A program made the translations under genes and the position numbers. Below, one piece after another: positions 12,101 to 26,940 of a stretch of DNA of 64,000 bases; positions within the stretch are counted from its first letter, which is position 1, and every line of letters starts with the position of its first letter. The notes under the pieces were generated by a model. It had not been told where the DNA came from. It saw only the letters and a program-made list of their open reading frames with translations, and did no database searches. This DNA comes from Squalus acanthias (Eukaryota). The DNA lies in assembly GCA_030390025.1 (NCBI GenBank), contig CM059427.1:148118001-148182000 (forward strand). The letters are read 5' to 3'.

Positions 12101-15100
12101 TTGCACTCGAAAGTTTGTTTAATCTGTGGATTCCCGAAATGCAGTAACTCTACTGACTGGTCATTCAATCAGCTGTGACTGTTGCATTCGCCTTCAGAGC
12201 AGCCTAATGGCAACTGACATTTGCATTAGTCGATATGAAAGGATTAAAAAAAAGTAAACTCGAAAAGATTCTATAATATGCTAAATAAATATTACTAGAA
12301 GATGGAAAGTATTTTTGAACGGTTTAATTACAACGTGCAGTGAAGGGTGACGCTGCTTACATTGATTACTCCTGTTATCGTTAGTTGCAATTGATTGAGG
12401 AAACCACTTATACTTTACAAACATTTTAAAGTTTGCTGGGTATATGAACGATTGTGAAATACTACTCGAGGAGGCTGCAACAAAAGAACAAAGTAGATTT
12501 CAAACAAGAGGATCAAGTTGCAATGCTTCGACAATTTATATACTGGAACAGACATATTTCTGTAGAGATGTGTGTAATAATATCACGATTACTGTCTTTT
12601 ACACAGTTATTTCAACGTCATTCCAGCAGCCTGTTTTTGGTTGCAGACTCTTGTTCTACCTCAAGCTGATTGTGCAGATATCTCCAACAAAAGTTAATTT
12701 CAAATGTTATGAGCTGACCTGAAATTGAAAGCTAAATATTTTGATAAATGAGAAGGCCAAAGCTGTGGCCCAACTTCGTGCTGTGCCGTAAGCCCGTGTG
12801 TTGGTTTTAATCTTCATGTTTATACAGAGATATTAATGACAAAAATAAAACGTGCAGAGATATTATAAGAATGTTCTTTTTCTCAAACGCCGCCTTCGCT
12901 TCCTCGCAGTCAGAACTGCGACCTGTGGAGCTGTGAGCGAAATTGGTGGCAGTCGAATAAAGCAGCGAGAGCTGTCAGAGGCACCGCACTGTACGCAGAC
13001 TCATCGCCCAACGCCCGGAATCTGCCTGATACGGTCCAAAAAATACTCACCGTTCTCGAAATGTATCTCGAACTGGCCTCGGCATTGCTGTACACAGTTA
13101 TACCAAGTGATACCTCGATTTCCCTCCCCAGACAACCTCAACAGTTCAGCGAGAGTGGAAAAACACACGGCAACTTCCAATTCACGACAAAACTTGACCC
13201 CCCCCACCCCCCACCCGCCTTTTTATATTTCAGTCTGAAAATAACTTAGGTACAACGTAGTGTTCGCAAGTACGCTATGATGAAACATTCATGTAAAGAT
13301 TGTTTTCGTGGTTGAACTTAGACCTTTCCTAGATCTTCAAGTTTGTCATCCGGCAAATACAGAAAGCAAACATTTAAAGAAAATGCTAATCTGGAAAATG
13401 TAAATGTATCGTAAACAACTCAGCGTGGAAGTGATGAACTTTAAAGTTACTTTCGTGGGTTTTGAATATCGGGTACTGTAATATTATGAGGTTTGACTAT
13501 ATCATTAATAGTGATGCTGCAAACGAAAATGTGGGGAAATACGGATTGGCCGTAATATTTAGTTGAATGCGATCTGATGTCATTTATATTATACTGTTGT
13601 ATTGTCAATATGAAATATATATAAGTATTATATATATAACAGGAAGCAAGGTGACGAGGGTGATTAAGAACAATCTCTGTGGGGAACTACCTTTAAATGT
13701 TATGAAGGGAATCCGGCGCCACAGAGCTTCAATGCAAAATCTGCATTGCAAAATCAGTATAATTCAATCATTATTTCTCAAGCAATGTCTCATGAATTAA
13801 GCAATCAAGCACTGATTAACAGATCTTACGGGTAAACAAACCAGCAGAGTATAAGGTTGCATTGCGTGATTGATACTGAATGACATTTCCAAGCGCAATA
13901 TTGCTTTCTGGTAATACATGGAGACGTTTGAAGAAGAAAAAAATGTCAAGCTCTAATGAGATCAGCTCGGTTTTGCCAGACCAGCTCATCTCAGCTGGAA
14001 AGTATATTTATTAGAAATGAAAATTGCATTAGACTGGCATATCTGCACGTTGATACTACAGAGGGGAATGATGATAAATCTGCTCCCATTAAAAGTGCAG
14101 TCCCCCTTTCATGGGACGTCCCTGAATCCGCCTTATACAACCAGACAAAACGAAAGTACATTGATTGAACCTTTGTAATTGTTTCGTCTCGGTGGTACTT
14201 GGGCGGAAAGATATTAATGTATATTTCATTTAAATCTATGGAGTGGTGGCTCCGCTCCGGAATCAGCCCTTGTTGCAGAGGTCTTTGCGCACTGTATGAT
14301 AGAGGCAGAAACGCCTGACACATTGATAAATAGTTTGCCAATAAGTTGCACGCTTGAATTGGGATTCCACTACGTGCAAATGAGTTAAGGTGGAACAAAT
14401 GGAAGAGCTTTGTGTTGTTGTATTGTACTGTGTCTGTTATAGTGTAACTATAAAGGGAAACAAGACAATGCAGGCTGGAGAGCCCAGAAGAACATGCAAG
14501 GATTGTCAACCGTCTCACTGTCTATGTGGTGTATGTTTAATCATTAAGAGTGTCGCTAACGTGACTTTTTTTTCCTCTTGTAATCTTTTCCAGTTCGACT
14601 CCTCAGAGCCACCTAATCCTTAAACTTGTTGTCATTACTTATTTATTGATTGCTTGGCATTTGGGTGTAATTGAGCAAGGCGGCTCTAGCCTGAGGGGGG
14701 ACCGGCGCTAGATGAGCAATTAAATCAGATTAAGGCAGTCTTTAAAGAGGCGGCTGGCGTGATTGATAACCGCGAACACATTCTTAAATAGAACTGCTAC
14801 ATCAAAAGAAACGCTTAAACACAAGGCTCTAGGAGAGTTCCACCAGCATGAACCAAATCATATAAAAAAAACTTCGGCAGGAGTTTGCCTCTAAATACCT
14901 TCCGCCCTATCGTCTTTTAATATTAAAAATCCACAGGAGTGGCAGACACTGTATTAATTAGTGCACCCACCCGTGAAAACTGGGTTTAAAACACAATTCT
15001 CTTTCCTTGTGTTTGCCCAGTCTCAGTAATTAAACATTCTTAATTGGTGTGTTGCCTGTGGAAATTGTGCAAAGTTAAAATAATGCTTTTCATATTACAC

Positions 15101-16915
15101 AGTAATTACAGAGTAGAGCCCTTTTAAAGCAATAGACAAAATCAAAGAAAGTATAAAAAGGCCTTTCAAGAGTTACAGGAACCTAATAAAGTATGTCTGT
15201 ATGGTGCTCTACTTTGCCCCCAGCTACAGCCACAGTGGAGCCAAAGCAATCAACTCGAATAAAATAATAGCATTCCTTTTCCCATGCAATTCCACGCTCC
15301 CAGTGCAAACTAAAATTATTTTCTCAATTTTCTAAATTATGAGGTGTGACTTCAAAGGTAATCCACTCCATTGACAGATGGCACTGGGTGTTGTTTACAT
15401 CATTTTGCAAAACATAATTCCTTATTAGTTTACCATCAAAGAGCTTTGATGTTTGAATAATTATAATGATCACAACAGACACTCCTGTTGTTTTGCTCTA
15501 TTTTTTGCCCAGTGATTTTGATCTTTATTATTTCTAGAGAATTCTCAAGCTGAAGTTGATTTAGAAACTTTTACAACTATATTCACACACTATTCATGTG
15601 ATCATTCAAATGCTTTTTTCAAACCAGGTATGTCCCTCTCCCTCATGTATGCATGTTGTACACTTGTTTCTACTTATGTGTTGAATTATGTTTTAACATA
15701 ATTAGCTAAATGTGTCAAACTTTACATTAAAATATGCTTATAATTGTACGCGTGCATGTGGGTGTACCTAGAAATTGTACAGTGAAACTATCTGATGGAA
15801 AGCAGCCATGATTTAAAGGGTAATGTGTCATTTGGCATTGAATTTCATTGACTTTTGTTCCAGCATATAAACTGTATTGATAGTCCCCATAAAATATAAT
15901 AAAATTGCCTACTCCTATAATGCAATATGAACTCCAAAATAAAGACCTTAATATTCCAATAGACCAGTTGTATATTCAAATCTGGCCATAATAATGATTG
16001 GGGAAAAACCTAGAAAATTGTCCCACTTTTGTGTGAGTAATTGACAAAGAAAATAAAAATGTTAATCATTTTTGAACTAACGGATAGTGTGGAAAAGATC
16101 TCTTGTGGCAGCGAGTTGGAATCTGTCTGACCTTCAGAATTACACAATTTACTGCATATGCCAGAAGTTAAAATATATGTGAAATGAAATTGATTTGAGC
16201 TCCATATTTACTTTGACTAGCTACTTTTTTTGATTTATTTTTCGATCTAAGTCAAATGCTGAAAAGATTGTATAGGTTAGAATTACAAGTTCAAGAGTAC
16301 CATGTATGTCCACTCATGTGCTATAGGAAACAATATCCAAGATGTGATCTCATCAGGTTTTCATTAGGTTAGCTATCTGCTTCATTAATCTAGCCAGATT
16401 CGACTAACATTTGAATCAAGACAACTTTGAAATGCTAAACCCTGCACTATATCACATTGAAACATGGATGTCAAGTAGGGGAAATGGCATTATTTTCAAC
16501 TTGACAACAACTAATATATAATGTTGTTTCTTTAGCTTGTCACACAAGAAAAATGACACTTAAGAAGTTTGTCAAGACTTTGGGGAAAAGCATTAGAATG
16601 GTAGTATGAAGGAACTTGTCCTTAGATATTAAAAATAAACTCGATTCCTAGGCTATCCTTCTGTACAGAATACTAGGCATTTATCATGTTTTATTTTAAC
16701 AAGGCTGCAAAAAGTTAAGCACCCCAAATGGTTTACCTTGGAATAATTGTGTCTCCAATCCAGTTAGGTAAGCATAAATAACAGCAGTCACCTTTTCAGT
16801 AGAACACGTTATCCCCGTGTGTGTTTGTTTCCAGGTGTAATTATGTTTATGTACCAGGGATGTAATAATGAAAACTAGATGGACCAGTATAACGTAATAT
16901 TCAACAATTATTTAA

Positions 16916-16921
16916 TTTATT
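16916..16921 (-). terminator. msx2: Candidate msx2 polyadenylation signal AATAAA (a second one at 16690-16695)
   Basis: TTTATT on the plus strand about 160 nt past the stop codon, after an AU-rich 3' UTR segment. Confidence 0.55.
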
Positions 16922-17077
16922 CACAAATATAAGGTATATAAGAAATAATAAATCTCCATATATATATAAAATAGTACATAATATCCCTTTCAAAGGGACA
17001 GCGATCAAAACAATGTTAAAAGCGCTGGCATCGTTTCAAATATATTTGAAAGTTTTGAGTCTTCTATAATGATTTTT

Positions 17078-18210
<1,133 letters not shown>

Positions 18211-18586
18211 TATTTGGAGGCGGCGAGTAACTTGAATTTTTGCCCCACGGCACACAATCTTCTTCCTTGCAGTTTTCAGATTTCACTGGCGAACTGTCGT
18301 AAGTTTTTATAAAACCTTCCAGTGAGCAGGAAGAGTCTATCGGACTCTGCGACTCCCTGGCCACTGACTTGGAGGGAAGCTTTTGCGAAGTGCTGCCGCC
18401 TGCTCCATCCGAAGGAGGTAAAATACCTCTGTGCGGCTTCCGATCAGACATCAACGCTTCGACACTGAAAGGGAGACTCGACACTTGGACTTTGTGATCG
18501 TTCAAAGCAGTTTCAGCAACCCTCTGGATCTCTGGGTCAGAGACGCTGTTATCCTTCAATGTTGAGCCTTGTGGCGAAGACATCAT
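18211..18586 (-). CDS. msx2: Msh homeobox 2, coding exon 1
   Basis: First ATG at 18586 (MMSSPQG...). Contains the Msx eh1/Groucho motif SLPFSVEALMSD, SPVKSE and a W-containing motif before YSPPP. Ends at the donor AATA|GTGAGT (phase 1). Confidence 0.95.
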
Positions 18587-18699
18587 GACGGGCAATAAAA
18601 AGACATAAAAAGAAAGTTACAACTCGGGAGAAAGTGATCCTTTACCAAACTAAGCAACTTCCCCAACTAAAGGGTCAGAGAGGCATGGAACTGTAGTAA

Positions 18700-19300
18700 A
18701 GGTTGCAAAACTTTACAAGGGGGCGAAACTTTCAGCCAATCAGAGACTTCTGGCCGGGTGGCGCTGTAGTCCTGACAACGAGATTGGTTGATGAAAGTGC
18801 CAGTAGCAGTAAATGATCGTTTTAAATAAATTAGTCCTTAATCAGATGGGCCACTCGCTGTGATGGGTTAGTGATAGCTGCGGGGCTCTAATCTCATTGT
18901 AAACATGCAGCTAATTAAGTGAAAAGAGAAGCCGATCGTCACCCCCAGCCTTACCCCGAAAAAAGTACGGGCGCAAAAAAAGTACCCCTCAAAAAAACTT
19001 AATCAAAAGCAATAAAATGTGGGGAAAGAATGGATGTAATACTTTGTTCTTTGTGCCTGAAGCCACCTGTTCTGAGAACTGTCTGCCTTGCTAATTGCGT
19101 GGATAAACAGTCTGTCACGATTAGTCAGCAGGGTGAAGAGGCAGACAAGTGAGGTTGTTTGTAGGCGCCAGGATCGGCGACATCAAAGGCGATCTCCCTA
19201 GGGAACGCACTGGAAAGTTTGGCCGGCTCCAGGAGCGACCCGCCCCCGCCGAACACGCCCCAACCCCCGGGCAGAGCTGATTCCAGAGCCCGTCCCCAGC
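18700..19300 (-). promoter_or_regulatory. msx2: msx2 proximal promoter / upstream regulatory region
   Basis: CCAAT boxes near 18736 and 18783 (opposite strands). GC box CCCGCCCCCGCC near 19240. CTAATT homeodomain sites near 18911 and 19091. GGCGCC at 19164-19169 and ACATCAAAGG at 19180-19189. Locally CpG-rich. Confidence 0.7.
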
Positions 19301-22300
19301 TTTGAAATCAAGGATGGGAAAAGAAAGCGAGCAAAAAAGAACACAGCGTAACCGCTTGTAAAACACCAGCTTGCCAGTAGGGTTTAAAGTGAACATCCTG
19401 CACGTAAAATGCATGCCGTCAAATGCATTCCGATGCAGCGTTTATTAGTACAGTAAAGGGATCTAATAGCAACATGTCATACCTTTTCAAAACGACGTTA
19501 ATTATTTAACAGCAACAGTAAAGGCTCCCGGAAATCACAGCTAAGAAATATATTCACAATTAGTGCTCATAAGCTGGTCTGAGGGTGTGCATTGCACAAT
19601 TGAATCCGAGTACAGAAAGCTATAATACAGATCAACATGCAATGTTATTCTCGGGTTTCCATTACAAAAATAAACACAAAAGATCATTTACTGTCGGGGT
19701 TTGTAACAGCGCCTGATAGCTTGTTGAAAGCTGCGAGTTGGAATGAATTCGATTTGTCCTAATACCCTGGTGTAGTTTGAACACAGGTGCTTACAGGTGA
19801 TCTGTACTGTTAGATGTGATGTGCATAGACAGAAGCTTTTAAACCGAATATGGACACTTTTGCTGTACAGATATTTCAAGGCGCATCTATTGTCCAGTGA
19901 ACAGTGATGAGATATCATTCTAATAATAACGGTTTTATCGTTTCAAGACTGTAGGAATGGTGAAAAAAACGAGGCAGCCCGCAGATCATTTATTTAGTAA
20001 GGTTCTAGAAAGGACCTGTGAATCAGAATGGAATAGGACAGACATTTCTATAACTCGTCCCCTGTCTCTCCGTTATATACTAATTCTTTTATTTTCCCTA
20101 TTTTTGATTATAGAATCTAAGCTGTATGACACACATTTTATCTAATTCATTATTTTTTTTACCAATCTGTACCATATTTATATATATTAACAGCACAATA
20201 ATTTGCCTGGAGTATAGTATCCGTTTCCTTGTACGTCTCACGACCACAATTACGGTAACACTGTATAATTTCTGAATACGCACATGGTAAAACATAGGGA
20301 ATATTGAACGAGCCCCTGCCTTTTGTTAAATGCATGCATGGACAAAACTTTCGAGGCATTTTTAGTCGCGTTTCTCGTCAGATGTGAGTTCTGTTAAATA
20401 AGTAGCAGTTACGCTGAAGGAATGATTTGGTATCGAACAATGATGCCGTTACAGGCAAAAATGACACTCAAATTGGTTCAGGCGTTTATAACCGTTAAAC
20501 TGACCTGCCTTTCACACAAAGTCTGATATTTTCAGAATCGTTCGGTCCAAATGTTGTCTTAAATGCTCTATGGAATAATAATTATTGTAACTTTCACTCC
20601 TACTTTCTACAGATTTTGCCACAGCTCTACTTCCACTTACTTAATGTCTTAGCTTTTCCTGACACATCCCACGCATACTTTCATGTCAACAAACAATGAG
20701 CCTGCTTTTTAAGTGCGTTTTCAATTGATTTTAGTTTTAAAATGTGCCTCTATTAATTTAAAAAAATAAGTTTTGTGTTGGGTTTGGGATTTAAGTGGAT
20801 TGAGTAAATCACGGGTTAAAATGCTGGTTAGTGTGTAATAATGTTGTGTCTGAGTGCACGGAACGCATGTGTGTTTCTCTAAACCATGAAGCAATTCTTG
20901 TTGGTGATATAAAAATAACCCGCAGTCGGTATTGGATGGGATTCCGTTAGCGATTTAAAGGGCAGGTATCTCCTCGTCTTTATTTTTGCGTTTGTATATA
21001 AGGAAAACACTTTTCTTGATTTTCGTTTATGATGTCAATATTTGTGTGATTTTTAGTCGATTGCTTTATTCATAATCCACCCTTAACCACTGCGACATTT
21101 GAAGTTTTATAAAGCTTTAAATGAGCAACATTGGTAAAATAATCCCTAACAGTGGGGTCGAATTGATACAGGCTGAAACAGAGTCGTCACGATTATACCT
21201 TCCATATGTTTAGATATTTTTTTTATCGAATTTCGTGCAAAAAAATCAAAACAACCAGCAAATATTCTGTCAAGGAAATATTTTACTATAGTAACTTGTA
21301 AATAACTTCACGCGAAATTATATCTGATTATACCAGATTAAAGAATTAGAAAAAAATCAATGATCTACTCTGAATATATAGATATATAACACGATAAAAA
21401 TATTTTGATGACTAGAAGATATATAATTATAAAATCAGGAATGCATTCAAATACGATGACCTTGCTACGGGCACAACTGCGAACGATGATATTAGATCTG
21501 TACAATTTTAAACATCAGTGTTCCTTCAATTCGGTACCTAAGCAATGATGTAGACTACAAAACGGTGGACTTAAATGTCTAAAATTATTTAGAAGCACAT
21601 TTTCTGTCTGCCTCCGTTTGTTTTTAATTTTCTGAAGATTGGAGCTTGACATTTGATTGTGTCTAAAATAATTCCGGTGTCAAATTTACACAGATCCCTT
21701 CAATTTCCACAGAGAGGCGGCGAAATTAAAATTATTTGATGCAGCAACAGCTCTCGATCAGCGCGGGTAGAATTTATAACTGAAACGTTGAAGGTGTAAA
21801 AATATTTGAATGCGTTTATCGAATATCATATTTGTAGGCGATCGAGGTTGTCGGTTACCCAAAATCCGTAAGATTATATGAAAAAAGCGAAATTGTTTAT
21901 CTCCAAATTGAAGATAAATGCTTCATTTATTGAAGGATTTGTACTTGGAATTACATATATAGCCTAAATATAATTACGTACAGCTAACTTAAAAATATTC
22001 CATTGTTTCAGGCAAATATTCGTCATGTAATGAGAAGAATACAATGAATAGGTTGAATCATGTCTCTTAATTTAGAAAGCATTTAACTATTGTTTTAATA
22101 AATATTAACATCAACACAGGAATTTTTCTGAAGTGTCAATAGTTTAAATATTATCCCTCTCATCAGCACCACTCATAACTATAATTAGATGCACAGATGG
22201 ATAGATATACACTATTTTACTGCAGATGTCATGTAAATTATAAACACATTGGGATGGAAATACAATAGATTTTTATCATATGCAAGAGTAAACATGTTTC

Positions 22301-23169
22301 TATCTGGGATTTTATACAGTAATTGAAATAGTTTCACCAAGAACAAACTGTGAGTTGGTTGAGCTTACTTCCATCAGTAATTTGACCATTGTATTTTCAG
22401 ACATCAGAACTTGAGCGCTTCACTCTCTGGAATATTTTCCTCCAACATGTTTGGTAAACATTTTAACCACAGACCCTAACAGTAGCTCTGCTACTGTAAG
22501 CAGTATGGTAACAATCTTCTCACAGAGTGCAGTCATTAACAAAGGGCAAAAGTTATAAGGAAAAATACCAGCCAAACCTTAGTGATGAAAATAATCAAAA
22601 AAGTTAACCACCTATTTACAACACAACAGAATTTTTAGTTTTTGTTAAGAATTGAATTCTATAATTATGACCAAAACAGTCGCAGATGCATCTTAAAATT
22701 TAAGTCTCAAAGATCATTAAGTTTAAATTCCACTTAAGATGATTGTTTTCTCTGGCAAATTTAAATTGATTTAGAAAAACCGTTCTGCCACATCTAAGCA
22801 GAAGCTATACCTGGTATGTTTTGAGATTATTGGAGGCATTGTACATCCATTTGGATCTAAGGAACTGGGCAGGTAGGAAGAAGCCTTTATCACAATTAAC
22901 TGGTTTCCTTTTGCTTAAACTAAATTTTATTTTGGTGGTTTGATAATTGGGAGGGAGGCGGATGCTGAGGTAATTGGATTCTTTTGACTATAATGGATCT
23001 TAATTTGACTCCACTGTTAAGTAGAATTGGAGAGAATGAGAGATGAATGAAATATAGTGACTTTCTCTGTCATTATTTAGAAATATGGAACTGACAAAGA
23101 TGAAACTTACACTGAAAATAAGTAAAATTTTCAGCATTCTACTTTTGCTTAATATTTAATCATATATAT

Positions 23170-23490
23170 TTTTGAAAGAACTGCATTTATATACTGCCTT
23201 ATCACATCTCTCAGAAAGTGCTTAATTGCATGTAAAGCACTTTGAAACACAATGACTTATGTAGACAAATAGCAATGAAACAAATGATCAGTTAATTTAT
23301 TTGTGATGGCATTAGTTGTGATGGATGTTGACCAGGGCACTAGGAAAATTCCCTGCTCTTCTTTGAACAGTGCCCACCTGAATGCTTGGAATAGGCAGAT
23401 GGGGGCTCAGTTTTACAACTCATCCAAGAGCAGCATCTTCAACATTCTCTGACTCAGAGGCAAGAGTGCCACTAATTCAACCAAACTGAT
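23170..23490 (-). mobile_element. Degenerate DeuSINE
   Basis: GAACTGCATTTATATACTGCC tail and CTCTGACTCAGAGGCAAGAGTGC head shared with the other copies. Confidence 0.7.
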
Positions 23491-24749
23491 AAGCCTAGTC
23501 ATTCTTATTACATGGGGAGAGATTATTCTAGCCGAGTTCTTGGAGCAGCTAGAGATAGCTGGCTTCAAATATCCACTAAATATTTGTCATGCTGATTGCT
23601 GGGGTAAATTTATGCTGCAGGTTGAACTTTTTGCTAATTGGTGTGGAACTTGATTTAAAAAAGATACAGCTGTTGATATATGCTAATGTTCTGATGTTAT
23701 TCCATTACCAATTGTGTCATTGTGTAATCCTTTGTTTACAGATTTGATAAATTGTCATGCGACATACTTTGCCAGACAGCTTGGCATCTTCAAACAATTG
23801 GATTATTTAGTTTTAGCTCTTATTCTTATTTAGCATTTAACTGGATGTTATATTGGATACATTTTGCATTCAAATCCGATTCTATCTTTGAAATCTACCC
23901 CATTCCGTCTGGGACAGTTTTGAGAGCTGTCAGATAGAGGGAAAATGATGGTTATCTGCCAAACTGCTCCTATTCTTTACATATTCATTTTGTATTCTGC
24001 GTAGTGCTAGTCACACACATACACACACACACACCACTTTGTGAAGTGTAGCTTCAGAGATCTAGATTTTAATTTTAAAAATGCAAAAAGAAAAAAACAT
24101 TCATACACACATGAATATTGCATGCTGATATGTTCTATTTTTTTAAAGCCTTACTGTGCCATGGAAAGGGTGTGATCAGGTGGTGAAGGTTGCTGACAGC
24201 ACCACCACACCCTTACATATAAACTTTGACCTGGTGGGAGTCTGTAATACAATTAAGTTATCTTTGCATTTTGTCCTTCGGAGCTGGTTTTCAATCAAAG
24301 ACCAGTTTCTGTGGAAGTTGCTTTTACTTCTGAAATGAATGTTTGGGAGGCCAGAGAAGAAGAAAATAAACAAGAAGTGTATTTAAAGATTATTGTTCTG
24401 AAAAGTTAAAACAGATGAAAATTGAAAGGTTAGATTAGATGTGAGAGAAATAAAAGTAAAGCTAAACTAATAAAAGTAAGAGAAAGAGAGAGAATAAAGA
24501 GGGGGCAAGGAATGAGGGAGAAAAGGAGCAAATGTAGTACTTAAATTATTTATTTTAATTTTAATTGTTTTAAAGTAATGTTAAAGTTGTTGACAAAAGT
24601 CTGAAGGGGGTATAGTTTTCATTAATACATCAAGGTAAAGATAGCCTGTGTCATAATTATAATTCAAGATTGTACCATGTAACTATTTGGTTTAGAGTCC
24701 TGATGCACTGGCTGTACAGTATTATTTATTTATTTAATGTAGGGTCCTG

Positions 24750-25390
24750 ACAAAACAGTGGCTTGTATTTAACACTGTCTAAAAGCACTTCACAAACGTG
24801 AAAGTCAGTGGACAGTGAGCCCTGGCAGGAGAAGGATTAGGGTGGTGCTGGAAGGCATGATCAACGCAATAGGTTTTGATGAGTTTCTGAAGGAGGGGGA
24901 AGAAATCCCAAGGTCAGAGAGGTTTAGGGAGAGTTTGGGGCTGATATGACTGAAGGTTCTGGGGCTGAAAGTGGAGTACAAGGAGATGGTAGGGTGCAAA
25001 GAATTCTAGAGTTGTAAGAGGAGAGAGCACATACAGGAACACATGGCTGAAGGAGGGTACAGAGGTAGGAAGGGGCAAGGCTGAAGAGAGGTTTGTAGAT
25101 GAGGACAAAGACTATAAAATTGATGCATTGAGGAAGAAGGAACCAATGAAAGTTGTTGAGGTTATCAGTAATAGGGGAGCAGGACTTAGAGTGGGATAAA
25201 ATATTGGCGGCGGAGTTTTGGACGAATAGCAATTTGTGAAGGGTGGAACTGGGAAGCTGGAAAGCAGAATGCTGGAATAATTGAGTCTGGAAGTAGCAAA
25301 GTTGTGGATAAGTGTTTCAGTGACAGTGGGAATGAGGTGAGATGGAGGCTGCTGATGTTGTCGAGGTGGAAATAGGCAATCTTGACACAT
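24750..25390 (-). mobile_element. L2 LINE 3' fragment
   Basis: Translation ETLIHNFATSRLNYS...VQNSAANIL...HWFLL is typical of the L2 ORF2 C-terminus. Confidence 0.8.
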
Positions 25391-25679
25391 TGGTTGTATT
25401 ATTTATCAGTTCAGTTTAGGATCTTGACACACTCATTGTGTTGTTTATTTCTTCATTTTAGTGCCCCTATACACTAGTTGTACAATATTTCAACATGGTC
25501 TTTGTTATGGTGGTCTTGATTCATTCTATGTTTGAAATCAATATTAGTCACATGTAAAATCAGTGAGCTATTATTGAGTCCCATTTTGAAGACTTCGTAG
25601 AATGTTTTCCATTAACAATGTAAGATGCTGGATAACTTTAAAAAATAGAAAAATGTGATCAATATAATATTAAACTAGG

Positions 25680-26940
25680 AGTGGCAGTGGAATTGAAGAT
25701 CAGCTCAGAAATTACAGAATGATCTGGACAAAATATGTAAGTAGACAGAACAATAGCAGATGAAATTTAATGCAGACAAGCGTAAAGTACTGCAAATCGG
25801 AAAAAAAATATGGACAATGCTTATTACATGAATGGTGTTGAATTAGCTAAGGATGAAATAGGAAGAGACCGTGGAATCTTAGTAGACTTGATTCCCAACA
25901 TGCGCCACCAATGTGGAGCACCAGTCAATAAAGCAAGTGCAATGTTGAACTATATGGCCAAAACAGTAGAATGCAAGTCAGAGGTGTCGTAATCAAACTG
26001 TGCATTGCTCTCAGCAGACCACATCTTGCGTACCATGTCCAGTTCTGGTCACTGAGACACAAGTGTGACATTCAAACACTGGAAACAGTGGAGAGAAGAG
26101 GCACTATGCTCATCCCTGGTGTTAGAGGTCTGAGTTATGAGGAAAGGCTGGAAAGACAGGCTCTTCAACCTGGAAAAGAGGAACCTGAGTATGATCTTAT
26201 AGAGGTATGTAAGATAGTAAATAGTATGGAAAAGGTAAATCTGTAAAATTACTTAAAACAATAAAGAACTTGCATTTATACAGTGTCTTTAATGACCTCA
26301 GGTCATCGCAACCAACCTCACGGCTAATGACGTACTTTTGAAGTATAGTCACTGTGTAATGTAGGAAAATGTGGTGTGGCAGTCAATTTGTGCATAGCAA
26401 GATCCCACAAACAGCAATGACATAAATGACTAGATAATCTGTTTTAGTGATATTGGTTGATGGATAAGTGATGGCCGGGAGAACTCCCCTGCTCTTCTTC
26501 AAATACATCCACCTGAATGGGCAGATGGGCTTCAGTTTAAAGTCTCATCTAAAAGACAGCATCTCTGACAGCACAGCACTCCCACAGTACTGCACTAAAG
26601 TGTCAGCCTAGATGATGTCTCTAAAGTGATGCTTACATTTATGACCTTTAAGTCAGAGGTAAGAGTGTACCCATGAGCCAAGGCTGACACCTAAATTAAA
26701 TAGTGAGGGTTGGGCAAGAGGCCACAGGTTGAAACTAGTAAAAGGCATATTTAGGATTGATATCAGGAAGTTCCTCTTCACACAAAATGAGAAGAATGCC
26801 GTGAAAGGTCAACGGCCTATGGGATAGAGTAGTGGAGGCAAGAATCCTGGAGTTATTTTAGGGAGACTTTCGGGCCAGTCTGAATGGATGGTGTAAGATG
26901 GGCTAAATAACCTTCCTTATCCATATTTAGCTTGTGATTT
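25680..26940 (+). mobile_element. Decayed CR1 fragment, interrupted by a DeuSINE (26262-26690, minus)
   Basis: Fragments LQNDLD, FNADK, RPHLAYHVQFWS and GLSYEERLE. The SINE body sits inside the ORF2 C-terminal region. Confidence 0.8.

Noticed and set aside
13991-14518. 175-aa minus-strand ORF
   Set aside because: No recognisable domain or coding-like composition; most likely a chance ORF in regulatory DNA.
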